From a virus (lineage: Duplodnaviria; Caudoviricetes), in the IMG/VR virus record IMGVR_UViG_3300046741_000008, positions 1 through 56,043 of that record: a stretch of 56,043 bases of DNA; one strand, 5' to 3'. The notes beneath the pieces are model-generated. The model was not told the DNA's origin, ran no database searches, and worked only from the letters and a program-made list of their open reading frames with translations. The stretch's first letter is position 1. Every line of letters begins with the position of its first letter. This document shows positions 8,243 to 16,864 of this stretch, piece by piece. The position numbers and the translations under genes were made by a program.

Positions 8243-8901
8243 GCACCGCAAACGACCTGACGCCCGAAGAACTCGCGGCCTACAGCGAAGCAAAGCGCCA
8301 AGAAGAGAACCGCCTCGACCAGCGCATCGCCGCCCGCCCGGCGCCCAAGGTCACGCCGGCGGACATCGAGGCGGAGATCGCCAGCGAGCACTACTTCACG
8401 GCAGAGGCTGGTGTCTACGGCATGGCTGCATTCGCGAGCGACAGCGAATTGGCCGTGTCGGAAGTGGAAGCCCACACCCCGTCCGAGCTGGCGCTGCTCA
8501 CCTTCGCCGTCTTGGTCCTGAAAAACGGCTTCACGGTCACCGGCGAGTCGGCCTGCGCCAGCCCGGAGAACTTCGACGCGCAGATCGGGCGCGAGGTGGC
8601 GCGCAAGGCGGCGGTGGCGAAGCTGTGGCCGCTACTTGGGTTCCGCCTTCGTGACCAATTGGCCAATGCGAAGCGGAAGCCGGCTGAAGATCCGATCGAG
8701 ATCGTCAGCACGACGACCATGCTTGATCCGAACGACTTCGGGCACATCGTCACCTACGAAGCAAAGAAGGGCGCCAAGACGGCAAGCGCCAGGCTGCGGA
8801 CCAGCAAGTTCACCTCAACGGCCGCAATGCAAAACGAGGCTTTCCGCCTGTTGCACGAGGAATTCGCGCGGCAAGACGACGACCGCCAGCAGGGCGCCTG
8901 A
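8239..8901 (+). CDS. Gp49/Gp66-family protein (PF13876-like) with a C-terminal extension
   Basis: TPADIEAEIASEHYFTA...LTFAVLVLKNGFTVTGESACASPENFDAQIG...KLWPLLGF signature. Confidence 0.85.
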   Translation: MSTANDLTPEELAAYSEAKRQEENRLDQRIAARPAPKVTPADIEAEIASEHYFTAEAGVYGMAAFASDSELAVSEVEAHTPSELALLTFAVLVLKNGFTVTGESACASPENFDAQIGREVARKAAVAKLWPLLGFRLRDQLANAKRKPAEDPIEIVSTTTMLDPNDFGHIVTYEAKKGAKTASARLRTSKFTSTAAMQNEAFRLLHEEFARQDDDRQQGA

Positions 8902-8931
8902 GCAACCATCCACCAACAGGAGAGCACCACC

Positions 8932-9444
8932 ATGGAAGAACAGAAGCCCGTCACCCACATCGTTCCAAGCGTCGGCCGCGTTGTCTGGTACTGGCCAGGC
9001 GGCGACGACGTTCATACCGACATGATGTGGTCGCCTAATTCTGGGCAGCCGCTGCGGGCCGATATTTGCTACGTGCACGATTGCGGCACGGTCAATCTCA
9101 GCATCAACGACTTGGCCGGGAAGCCGTTCGCGCGCCTTGACGTAACCCTGCACCAAGGCGACGCCGAGGGCTGCAGCCTGCCGCGGCCGTTCGCGACGTG
9201 GATGCCGTACCAGCTCGAAATGGCGCTGAAGCAGTGGATCTCGCAGGACGACGATCGACGGGCCAACGAGCGCCAGGAGCGCTTCACGAAGCCCGACAGT
9301 GAAAGCGACACCGCTGAATTGCAACGGCGCATGCTGGCCGAGCAGTTGCGCGAGCTTCGCCTGCGGAACGACGCGCAGGAGATGACCAACCAGCATCTGA
9401 GCAAACCCCTTCCGGGCATGCCGACGATGCACAAGGACGCCTGA
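8932..9444 (+). CDS. Conserved phage hypothetical protein
   Basis: PSVGRVVWYWP...VNLSI...WMPYQ motif; strong RBS. Confidence 0.75.
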   Translation: MEEQKPVTHIVPSVGRVVWYWPGGDDVHTDMMWSPNSGQPLRADICYVHDCGTVNLSINDLAGKPFARLDVTLHQGDAEGCSLPRPFATWMPYQLEMALKQWISQDDDRRANERQERFTKPDSESDTAELQRRMLAEQLRELRLRNDAQEMTNQHLSKPLPGMPTMHKDA

Positions 9445-9446
9445 GC

Positions 9447-9689
9447 ATGGCTGAACTGCACGTCTTGCGTGAGACGAGCCTGCTCGACATCCCGGCCACG
9501 CTTCGCCGCTGGGCCGACGACATCGAAGCGGGCGAGCATGGGAATGTCAGCGGCTGCGTGATCGTCCTCGACGCCGACAAGCTGGCAGTCGGCTACATGG
9601 GCAGCGGCGAGGCGGCGCCGAATACCTGCCTGCTGATGAACGCGGCGATTGCCTTCATGATCGCGCCAGTGTTGGAGGCCAAAGGGTGA
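9447..9689 (+). CDS. Hypothetical protein
   Basis: DIPATLRRWADDIEAGE motif. Confidence 0.7.
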   Translation: MAELHVLRETSLLDIPATLRRWADDIEAGEHGNVSGCVIVLDADKLAVGYMGSGEAAPNTCLLMNAAIAFMIAPVLEAKG

Positions 9690-9862
9690 TCGAAAACCCG
9701 AACTGGATCCACGTGATGCCGATCGGCGACCTGCGCGAGCACGAGTCGAACATCAGGTGCTTCTGCAAGCCGACCGAGGACGAAGACACGCCCGGAGTGT
9801 GGCTGCACCACGCGCTCGACGGCCGCGAGCAGTACGAAACCGGGGAGCTGAAGCCGCAATGA
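9686..9862 (+). CDS. Small His/Cys metal-binding protein (not in the ORF track)
   Basis: 58 aa, HVMPIGDLREH...CFCKP...HHALDGRE; GTGA and ATGA overlaps. Confidence 0.65.
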   Translation: MIENPNWIHVMPIGDLREHESNIRCFCKPTEDEDTPGVWLHHALDGREQYETGELKPQ

Positions 9863-10095
9863 ACCGCCTTCTGTTCGCGACCGTGCTGCTGGCCGGCTGC
9901 TCCGAACCCCCGGAGCCGATGGCATGGGAGCGCGCCCAGGTTCTCGCCAAGCGCTGCGAGGCCATGGGCCTGAAGCCGGCCTATCAGCGCATGAACCCTC
10001 TTTCCCTCATCCCGGACAAGTCCGGCGGCGCCATCCGCTGGGTGCAATGCATCGACCCGGCGACAGGCGCCCTCTTCAACCAGAGCCAGGAATGA
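9859..10095 (+). CDS. Small lipoprotein
   Basis: MNRLLFATVLLAGC lipobox. Confidence 0.7.
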   Translation: MNRLLFATVLLAGCSEPPEPMAWERAQVLAKRCEAMGLKPAYQRMNPLSLIPDKSGGAIRWVQCIDPATGALFNQSQE

Positions 10096-10772
10096 CAGAC
10101 CGAGCCCCAAAAAAACGCCCAGGCTGGGAGACCGTCTGTTGCATCGCCAGCGGCCCCAGCCTCAACGCCGAGCAGCTGGAGCACGTGCGCAAGGCCCAGC
10201 AGGCCGGCCGCGTGAAGGTCATCGGAGTCAACACGACTTACCAGGCCGCCCCGTGGCTCGACGCGCTGTTCGCATGCGACAGCCAATGGTGGCGCGCATA
10301 CCAGCACGATGGCGCCCACGGCCAGGGCTGGCGCTCGTGGCGAAAGGAACACCCGAACGCCGAGACCGTCACGCAGGACGCCTCGACTTACAAGCAGTTC
10401 GGCCTCGACACGCGACAGCGCGGATCGGCTCGGGACGGGCTCGGAATCGGTGAGCTGCACACAGGGTCCAACGGCGGTCACGCTGCGGTCAACTTGGCAT
10501 TTCTGTGGGGCGCCCGGCGCATCATCCTGCTGGGCTACTGCATGAAGCTCGGGCCGAACGGCGAGAAGCACTTTCATGGCGACCATCCCAAGCCTTGTGT
10601 GCAAAGTCAGTTATTTTCGCAATGGGTTCGCAGATTCGAATCGACCGCAAAGGATTTGAAGAAACTAGGCATTGATGTGGTTAACTGCACTCCTGCGTCA
10701 GCACTTCCATGGTTCAGAAGCGGATTGATTGGCACTGAATTGGAGGCATCAAATGACACCACCGCCGAGTGA
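10092..10772 (+). CDS. Maf/DUF115-like (sialyltransferase-fold) glycosyltransferase
   Basis: CCIASGPSL, VIGVN, LFACD, NGGHAAVNLAFLWGARRIILLGY-M, HFHG and VVNCT motifs. Confidence 0.7.
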   Translation: MTDRAPKKRPGWETVCCIASGPSLNAEQLEHVRKAQQAGRVKVIGVNTTYQAAPWLDALFACDSQWWRAYQHDGAHGQGWRSWRKEHPNAETVTQDASTYKQFGLDTRQRGSARDGLGIGELHTGSNGGHAAVNLAFLWGARRIILLGYCMKLGPNGEKHFHGDHPKPCVQSQLFSQWVRRFESTAKDLKKLGIDVVNCTPASALPWFRSGLIGTELEASNDTTAE

Positions 10773-11265
10773 AGATGTAAGAGATATCGTCGAATATGAC
10801 AAGCAGACCGGAGAACTGCGTTGGAAAGTCGACATGCGCACAGGCAGTGTGCGCCAGGTTGTCTTAGGGAAGGCTGGTGAAGTTGCTGGGACAAAGAACA
10901 AGCACCACGGCTATGTGACGATCAGAATAAATGGAAGGCAATATATAGCCCATCGAGTCGCATGGTGGTTGGCCACTGGTGAATGGCCAATTGCAATTGA
11001 CCACAAAGATGGCGATAGGGCCAACAACAAATTCGAGAACCTTCGCGCGGCGGATTACAAGATAAATAACCAGAACAGGCGACGTGCAATACCAAATTCG
11101 ACAACTGGTTTTCTCGGCGTAACAAGGACCCCAGAAGGGAGATTCGTCGCCAGGATCGGGGTGAATGGAAAGAACCTCTATTTCGGGACGCACGAGACGC
11201 CAGAACAGGCTCACGAGGCCTACCTCGCCGCCAAACGCGAGTTTCACGAAGGCTGCACGATTTGA
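10753..11265 (+). CDS. HNH homing endonuclease with an AP2-like C-terminal domain
   Basis: YIAHRVAW...IDHKDGDRANNKFENLR...N; GFLGV...FVARIGVNGKNLYFGTHETPEQAHEAY; lower GC. Confidence 0.9.
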   Translation: MTPPPSEDVRDIVEYDKQTGELRWKVDMRTGSVRQVVLGKAGEVAGTKNKHHGYVTIRINGRQYIAHRVAWWLATGEWPIAIDHKDGDRANNKFENLRAADYKINNQNRRRAIPNSTTGFLGVTRTPEGRFVARIGVNGKNLYFGTHETPEQAHEAYLAAKREFHEGCTI

Positions 11266-12053
11266 AGCGCGCCCTCGTCACTCTCAAGGCCCAGCCTCAT
11301 TACCGGCGCGAGTCGTTCGAGGCCGGTCTGCGCGCGATCGGCTTCGATGTCGTGAAGCGGCTGGACGACCCGCGGCCCGGGGATTGCCTCATCGTTTGGA
11401 ACCTGCAGGGAGCCACCGAGAAGCTGGCCGACACCTTCAAGGCGCGCGGCGCGCAGGTGCTGGTTTGCGAAAACGGCTACCTGACGCCGCCCGGCCAGCC
11501 CGGCATGTACGCGGTGAGCCTCGGGGCGCACAACGGCGCTGGCCGCATCCCCGCCGGCGACAGCAGCCGCTGGCGGGCGCTGGGCATAGAGCCGAAGCCC
11601 TGGCGCAAGGAGGGCGACCACATCCTGGTCTGCCAGCAGAGGTCGATCGGCTCCAGGCAGATGGCCAGCCCGCACATGTGGCACCAGAAGGCCGTGGAGC
11701 GGCTGAAGCGCTGGACGAAGCGCCCGATCCGTGTGCGGCCTCACCCTGGCAACCGCAGCGGCGGTGTGCCGCTGGAGCGCGACCTGAAAGGCGCATGGGC
11801 CTGCGTGATCTGGGGCTCGGCAGCTGGCGTGCGGTCGCTGGTAGAGGGGGTCCCGGTGTTTTACGAAGCACCCCGATGGATCTGCAGCGACGCCGCGCTG
11901 CCGCTGCGCGACTGGATCGAGCACCCGCTGTGCAACGATGCGTGGCGCGAGAAAGCCCTGCACCGCATGGCCTGGGGCCAGTGGCAATATGCCGAGATCG
12001 CAACCGGCGGCCCTCTCAAGGCCGTTCTTGACTGCAAGGAGTCCGCAGCATGA
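11262..12053 (+). CDS. KpsC/KpsS (Capsule_synth, GT107/GT99)-like glycosyltransferase
   Basis: VLVCENGY, HILVCQQ, IRVRPHP and VIWGSAAGVRSLVEGVPVF motifs. Confidence 0.65.
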   Translation: MKRALVTLKAQPHYRRESFEAGLRAIGFDVVKRLDDPRPGDCLIVWNLQGATEKLADTFKARGAQVLVCENGYLTPPGQPGMYAVSLGAHNGAGRIPAGDSSRWRALGIEPKPWRKEGDHILVCQQRSIGSRQMASPHMWHQKAVERLKRWTKRPIRVRPHPGNRSGGVPLERDLKGAWACVIWGSAAGVRSLVEGVPVFYEAPRWICSDAALPLRDWIEHPLCNDAWREKALHRMAWGQWQYAEIATGGPLKAVLDCKESAA

Positions 12054-12586
12054 CGCCCACCGAGAAATTCCACCGCAAGTTCCGCAAGCCCAAGGAAGGG
12101 GCGACGCTGATCGTCGGCTCGCACATCTACCCCACGCGCGAGGACCGGCGCAAGCTGTACGCGGATGCGGTGGGCGTGGACATGCAGGAAGGGCCGGGGG
12201 TCGATGTCGTGGCCAACCTGGAAGAACCGCTCGACTGGATCCCCGAGGAGTTCCTGTTCGATCACATCGAGTGCCGCAGTGTGCTTGAGCACAGTCGCCG
12301 TCCCTGGCTGCTGGCGGCGAACCTGGAGCGCCTGTTGGTGCCGGGTGGGACGTTGGACATCAGCGTTCCTTTCGTCTGGCGCGTGCACAGCTACCCGTCG
12401 GACTACTGGCGCTTCAGCATCGAGGCCGTGCGCGAGCTCTTCCCCAGCATCCAGTGGCGCGCGCTGCGCTACGTGACACAAAAAAGAATTGAGAAGCCAG
12501 ATGCTCCGACGCAGGGGCTCGTGAACGACTCACAAACGTACTTCGCACGCTCTGAAGTACTCGGATTTGGGACCAAGAAATGCTGA
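12050..12586 (+). CDS. Class I SAM-dependent methyltransferase
   Basis: GVDMQEGPGVDVVANL, FDHIECRSVLEH, LLVPGG and HSYPSDYWRF motifs, typical of glycan-cluster methyltransferases. Confidence 0.85.
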   Translation: MTPTEKFHRKFRKPKEGATLIVGSHIYPTREDRRKLYADAVGVDMQEGPGVDVVANLEEPLDWIPEEFLFDHIECRSVLEHSRRPWLLAANLERLLVPGGTLDISVPFVWRVHSYPSDYWRFSIEAVRELFPSIQWRALRYVTQKRIEKPDAPTQGLVNDSQTYFARSEVLGFGTKKC

Positions 12587-13059
12587 CACAAGCGAGGCTT
12601 CATGAGCTGTTCACGCTGGATGCGGGTAAGTTCAAACGGTTGGTGAGAACGAGCAACCGCATCCGCGTCGGCGACGTTGCTGGATACAAGCGCGATGGCT
12701 ACGTCTTCGTCACCGTAGACGGTAAGGGGTACAGAGCCCATCGGCTCGTCTGGCTGTACATCCACGGCGTCTTGCCGCCGCACGAAGTTGACCACATCAA
12801 CCACATCAAGGACGACAACCGCATTGAGAACCTCAGGCTCGCGACGAAGAGCGAGAACATGCAGAACAGGCGAGGGGCACAAAGCAACAGCAATTCCGGC
12901 GTTCTCGGGGTTTGCTGGTTCAAACCCACGCGACAGTGGGTTTCCCAACTCACTCTCAACGGCAAGCGCGTGCACCATAGTTACCACTACACGTTAGAAG
13001 ACGCCTGTGCCGCCCGGCGCGCCGCTGAGATACGCTTCCACCCATACAGAAGCGCATGA
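12580..13059 (+). CDS. HNH homing endonuclease
   Basis: YRAHRLVWLYIHG...VDHINHIKDDNRIENLRLATKSENMQN; SGVLGV. Confidence 0.9.
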   Translation: MLTQARLHELFTLDAGKFKRLVRTSNRIRVGDVAGYKRDGYVFVTVDGKGYRAHRLVWLYIHGVLPPHEVDHINHIKDDNRIENLRLATKSENMQNRRGAQSNSNSGVLGVCWFKPTRQWVSQLTLNGKRVHHSYHYTLEDACAARRAAEIRFHPYRSA

Positions 13060-13910
13060 GAATCCTCGTTACCGGACGCGGCACCTCCGGCAGCTGGCAG
13101 GTGCGCGGGGTACAACTCGGCAAAGCCATCGGCGCCACGGTGAGCCCGAACGCCAGCGATCTCGAGATCCGTGCCCACGACCTGGTGATCCTGGTCAAGC
13201 GGCCGACACCGCAGCTGCTCGAGCGCATCCACCAGGCGCGCAAGCCGCTGGTGTGGGATCAGGTGGACTCGTGGCCGCAGCCTGAAGGCAACCGCTGGGC
13301 TCGAGGTGAGTGCATGGCGTGGCTCGAGCACCAGGTCAAGACCATCAAGCCGGCCGGCATCGTGGCTGCCACTCAGGAGATGGCCTTCGACTGCGGCTGG
13401 GGCGCGCCTGACCAGACGAAGCTGCTCTGGCTGCCACACCACTCGAGGTCCGGTCAGGACGCGAATCCGATCCGCGAGCAAGTGCAGACCGTTGGATACG
13501 AGGGCGGCTTGCAGTACCTCGAGGGCTGGCTTCCGCACATCGAGCGCCAATGTGCAACTCGAGGCTGGCGGTTCCACGTCGCGCCCAAGCGATTGGCTGA
13601 CCTCGACATCGTGCTGGCGCTGCGAACCGACACCGGGTACGCGCCGCGGAACTGGAAATCAGCGGTCAAGGCCGCAAACGCCATGGGCACCGGCACGCCC
13701 ATCATTGCCTGCCGTGAAGGCGGCTACCTCGAGGTGGACAATGGCGGCATGCGCTGGGCTGACACGCCGCTCGAGCTGTCTCGAGCTTTCGACGAGCTGA
13801 CGCCGAAGGATGCTCGAGCAGCTGCAGCGGCCCGGCTCAAGCTCCAGGCGCCGTTCGTTGCGCTCGATCGGCTGGCCAAGGAATACGCGCGCTGGCTCGA
13901 GACCATATGA
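13056..13910 (+). CDS. GT-B-fold (GT4-like) glycosyltransferase
   Basis: GSWQVRG, DLVILVK, WDQVD, VGYEG and WKSAVKAANAMGTGTPII (K..A.A.G.P.I donor-binding motif). Confidence 0.6.
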   Translation: MRILVTGRGTSGSWQVRGVQLGKAIGATVSPNASDLEIRAHDLVILVKRPTPQLLERIHQARKPLVWDQVDSWPQPEGNRWARGECMAWLEHQVKTIKPAGIVAATQEMAFDCGWGAPDQTKLLWLPHHSRSGQDANPIREQVQTVGYEGGLQYLEGWLPHIERQCATRGWRFHVAPKRLADLDIVLALRTDTGYAPRNWKSAVKAANAMGTGTPIIACREGGYLEVDNGGMRWADTPLELSRAFDELTPKDARAAAAARLKLQAPFVALDRLAKEYARWLETI

Positions 13911-14686
13911 ACCGCGTCGAGTACCTGACCGACCCGGCCCTCGGGACCAAGGCCACAAATTTCATGCAGATCCTGGGCGAGTGCTGCCCGGTGCCGTTTT
14001 CTGCTGTGGAGGCACCAAGCAGTCCCGAGGTGACGCTGATGGTATGCGGCCCAGGCGCCCCCTCACGGCTGGCCATCGCGAACGCCCACCGCGCTAAGGG
14101 CGGCCGGGTGGTGATCTGGGACGGCGGCTACTTCCGGGCACCAGGCTACTGGCGCACCAGCGCCGACCACGAGCACCCACAGCACCTGCTGGACCGCGCG
14201 CCGGCGGACAAGTCGAGATTCGCCGCGCTGAAGATCCAGCTTCGCAACGACTTCAACCCGAAGGGCCACATCATCCTGGTCGGCCTGGGCCCGAAGACCC
14301 GCGACATCATGGACGTGAAGGACTGGGAGGCGCGCAAGCTGTGCGAGCTGCGCCAGCGCTTCCCCAAGGCGAGGATCATCTTCCGACCCAAGCCTAAGAG
14401 GCCGCATCCGGTGCTCAATATTCCGGTCTCCAAAGATGTGCCCATCGAGCAGGTGCTCAGGGGTGCGGCGCTGGTGGTGTGTAAGCATTCAAATTGTGGT
14501 GTCGACGCTGTGGTTGCCGGGATTCCATTCGAGACGGAAGATGGGGCCGCCAAGTGGCTGGATGGCAAGGCCTACACGCCGGCCAATCGCCTGGAGTTCC
14601 TGCAGCGCCTGGCCTGGTTCATGTGGCGTTCGGACGAAGCGCCTCAGGCGTGGACAATGGTGGCCAGAATGTTGGAGACGCCATGA
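13907..14686 (+). CDS. Second KpsC/KpsS-like glycosyltransferase (paralogue of 11262-12053)
   Basis: VIWDGGYF, GHIILVG, IIFRPKP and VCKHSNCGVDAVVAGIP motifs align with the first copy. Confidence 0.65.
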   Translation: MNRVEYLTDPALGTKATNFMQILGECCPVPFSAVEAPSSPEVTLMVCGPGAPSRLAIANAHRAKGGRVVIWDGGYFRAPGYWRTSADHEHPQHLLDRAPADKSRFAALKIQLRNDFNPKGHIILVGLGPKTRDIMDVKDWEARKLCELRQRFPKARIIFRPKPKRPHPVLNIPVSKDVPIEQVLRGAALVVCKHSNCGVDAVVAGIPFETEDGAAKWLDGKAYTPANRLEFLQRLAWFMWRSDEAPQAWTMVARMLETP

Positions 14687-15201
14687 AGGTTCACATTGGA
14701 TGCGGCCGGCACGTTCTCGACGGCTGGGTCAACGTCGACACCCAGCGATCGCCCAAGGCCGCCCGCGCTCCGGACGTGATTGGCGACGCGCTGAGTATCC
14801 CGCTTCCTGACGGGTGTGCATCCGAGGTGATGGCCATTCACCTCCTGGAGCACCTCGCGGCCTGGCAGGTACCAAAGGCCCTGGCCGAGTGGCACCGCCT
14901 GCTCAAGCCTGGCGGCCTGCTGGTATTGGAAATGCCGGATGTCGTGAAGTGCGCCAAAAACCTGGTCAAGCTGATCGAGAAGGGCGACGAGAAGACGCTC
15001 AACTCCCAGGCGATGCACGGCCTCTACGGCGATCCCAGCATGGAAGATCCGTGGATGCTTCACCGGTGGGGGTGGACTCCAAAGACCCTGATACCGGTCC
15101 TGAAGCGCGCCGGCTTCGGACTCTTCAAAGAGCGGCCGACGCAGTGGCATGGCATCGGCAAGGCGCACCGGGATTTCCGCATCGAGTCGAGGAAGGTATG
15201 A
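14683..15201 (+). CDS. Class I SAM-dependent methyltransferase (Methyltransf_11-like)
   Basis: KVHIGCG...GWVNVD, HLLEHL, EWHRLLKPGGLLVLEMPD. Confidence 0.9.
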   Translation: MKVHIGCGRHVLDGWVNVDTQRSPKAARAPDVIGDALSIPLPDGCASEVMAIHLLEHLAAWQVPKALAEWHRLLKPGGLLVLEMPDVVKCAKNLVKLIEKGDEKTLNSQAMHGLYGDPSMEDPWMLHRWGWTPKTLIPVLKRAGFGLFKERPTQWHGIGKAHRDFRIESRKV

Positions 15202-15884
15202 GCCTCCTGAACATCTTTACCGGGCACGAAGACCGCGTCGCAATCGGAACCCACGTCTTCGTGCAGTCGGTGCTGGACCACGCCAAGAGCCCGGTGTCGA
15301 TCGCGCCCATCACTCGCATCGCTACGCCTGGCCACTCCGAGGGCTCGAATGCCTTCACCGCACGCAGGTTCCTGGTGCCCCATGCCATGGGCCGCTGCGG
15401 CTTTGCGCTGTTCTGCGACGGCGCCGACATGCTCGCCCGGGCCGACATCAACGAGGTGCTGCAGTACGCCAGCCACCGGCACGCCGTGATGGTGGTCAAG
15501 CATCACTACAAGACCCGCAACGTCCGCAAGTACCGCGGCACGGCCATGGAATCCGACAACGAGGACTACGAGCGCAAGCAGTGGGCCGCCGTGATGTTGT
15601 TCAACTGCCGTCACCCGGTCTGGATCGACGTGACGCCCGAGTTCGTGAAGAAGACGCCAGTCATCGACCTGCTGCAGTTCCGGTTCCTGCCCGAGGAGCT
15701 GATCGGGGAACTGCCGATGGAGTGGAACTGGCTGGCCGACGAGCACGGCGAGAACCAGGCGGCGAAACTCCTGCACTTCACGGCCGGCGTCCCGGCCATC
15801 CCTGCGCATGCATCCGGGCCGATGGCCGACGAGTGGATCGCCACCCGGGCGCGCGCAATGTCAGCAACAGGAGGCGCATCATGA
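15198..15884 (+). CDS. GT-A nucleotide-diphospho-sugar transferase (GT8/CDI-like)
   Basis: GSNAFTARRFLVP, ALFCDGADML (DxD-like), VMVVKH, RKQWAAVMLFNC, EWNWL and LLHFTAG motifs. Confidence 0.85.
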   Translation: MSLLNIFTGHEDRVAIGTHVFVQSVLDHAKSPVSIAPITRIATPGHSEGSNAFTARRFLVPHAMGRCGFALFCDGADMLARADINEVLQYASHRHAVMVVKHHYKTRNVRKYRGTAMESDNEDYERKQWAAVMLFNCRHPVWIDVTPEFVKKTPVIDLLQFRFLPEELIGELPMEWNWLADEHGENQAAKLLHFTAGVPAIPAHASGPMADEWIATRARAMSATGGAS

Positions 15885-16312
15885 GCTCAACGCAAGAACA
15901 CCCCCGCCCGGCCTGGATCCACCCGGAGCACCCTGGAATCGGCTGCAGCACCAGCCTGAAGCGCCTGGAGGGCACCGAACCAGAGGTCGGCGGCGTGATC
16001 ATCTTCTTCCCCAGCGGCCTGTTCCATGACATCAGCTGGCGCGCCGTGCAGCACATTACCCCAACGAAGGAAGCGGCGGTTCGCTTCGTCGGCCAGATCG
16101 TCGAGGACCTGAACAAGAAGGCAGCTCGAGCAGAAGGCCCAGCCCGCGAAGCCATCGAGCAGGACTTGGCCCGCACGAACTGGGTCAGCGTCACCGCAGC
16201 GGTGCAGCGGGTGATCATGGACTGGAACGACAAGCTGTCCACCGCCATCAGTGCCAAAATGGCCCAGCAGTTCGGCGGCAACCCCTGGCCCCCGAAGCAC
16301 CGAACCCACTGA
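15881..16312 (+). CDS. Hypothetical protein linking the glycan cassette to terS
   Basis: ATGA-coupled to the GT-A gene, with RBS. Confidence 0.65.
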   Translation: MSSTQEHPRPAWIHPEHPGIGCSTSLKRLEGTEPEVGGVIIFFPSGLFHDISWRAVQHITPTKEAAVRFVGQIVEDLNKKAARAEGPAREAIEQDLARTNWVSVTAAVQRVIMDWNDKLSTAISAKMAQQFGGNPWPPKHRTH

Positions 16313-16330
16313 CCTGAGAGGAACCCGGCC

Positions 16331-16864
16331 ATGCCGATCCTGAAGAACGCCAAGCACGAGAGATTCGCCCGCGAGTACGTCACAGACCGCAACGGCACAC
16401 AGGCTGCCATCAGGGCCGGTTACTCGAAGCGGAGCGCAGCCGAGCAGGCTTACGATCTCCTCAGGAACCCTCAGATAGCCTCCAGGGTCGATGAACTGAG
16501 CCAGCGCACCCTGCGCCAAGCTGACATCACAGCCGAACGCGTCATGCTGGAACTGGCACGCCTGGCCTTCGCTGACGAGCGCAAGTTGTTCGACGAGAAG
16601 GGCGTGCTCAAGGCCCCTCACACCCTCGACGACGACACCGCAGCCGCTATCTCATCCATGGAGTTCGCTGAACCGGCGAAGGGTAAGAAGCAGGGCGCTG
16701 TGCGCCGCGTGCGCTTGGCGGGTAAGGAAGCCGCTCTACGCATGCTGGCCCAGCGCTTCAAGCTGATCGGCAGCGAGGCGGACGAGGCGCTGAACAACCT
16801 GGCGATGTCCTTCGCCGAGAAGGTTGCAGCGGCCCGCGCACGCCGCAAGGACGAAAGCAAGTAG
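16331..16864 (+). CDS. terS: Terminase small subunit
   Basis: KHERFAREY...NGTQAAIRAGYSKRSAAEQAYDLLRNPQI (Terminase_2 pattern). Confidence 0.95.
   Translation: MPILKNAKHERFAREYVTDRNGTQAAIRAGYSKRSAAEQAYDLLRNPQIASRVDELSQRTLRQADITAERVMLELARLAFADERKLFDEKGVLKAPHTLDDDTAAAISSMEFAEPAKGKKQGAVRRVRLAGKEAALRMLAQRFKLIGSEADEALNNLAMSFAEKVAAARARRKDESK

Noticed and set aside
10753-13059. Group I introns housing the HNH genes
   Set aside because: The flanking genes are complete ORFs overlapping the HNH starts and stops, leaving no room for intron core structure
13161-13901. CRISPR-like or tandem repeat array
   Set aside because: Only a hexamer recurs, with irregular spacing, inside an intact ORF
10092-15884. 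DNA hypermodification or Gtr-type O-antigen conversion as the main reading
   Set aside because: No hydroxymethylase, TET/JBP, kinase or phage polymerase, and no membrane flippase or GT-C; the location is the late operon. Ranked lower rather than excluded
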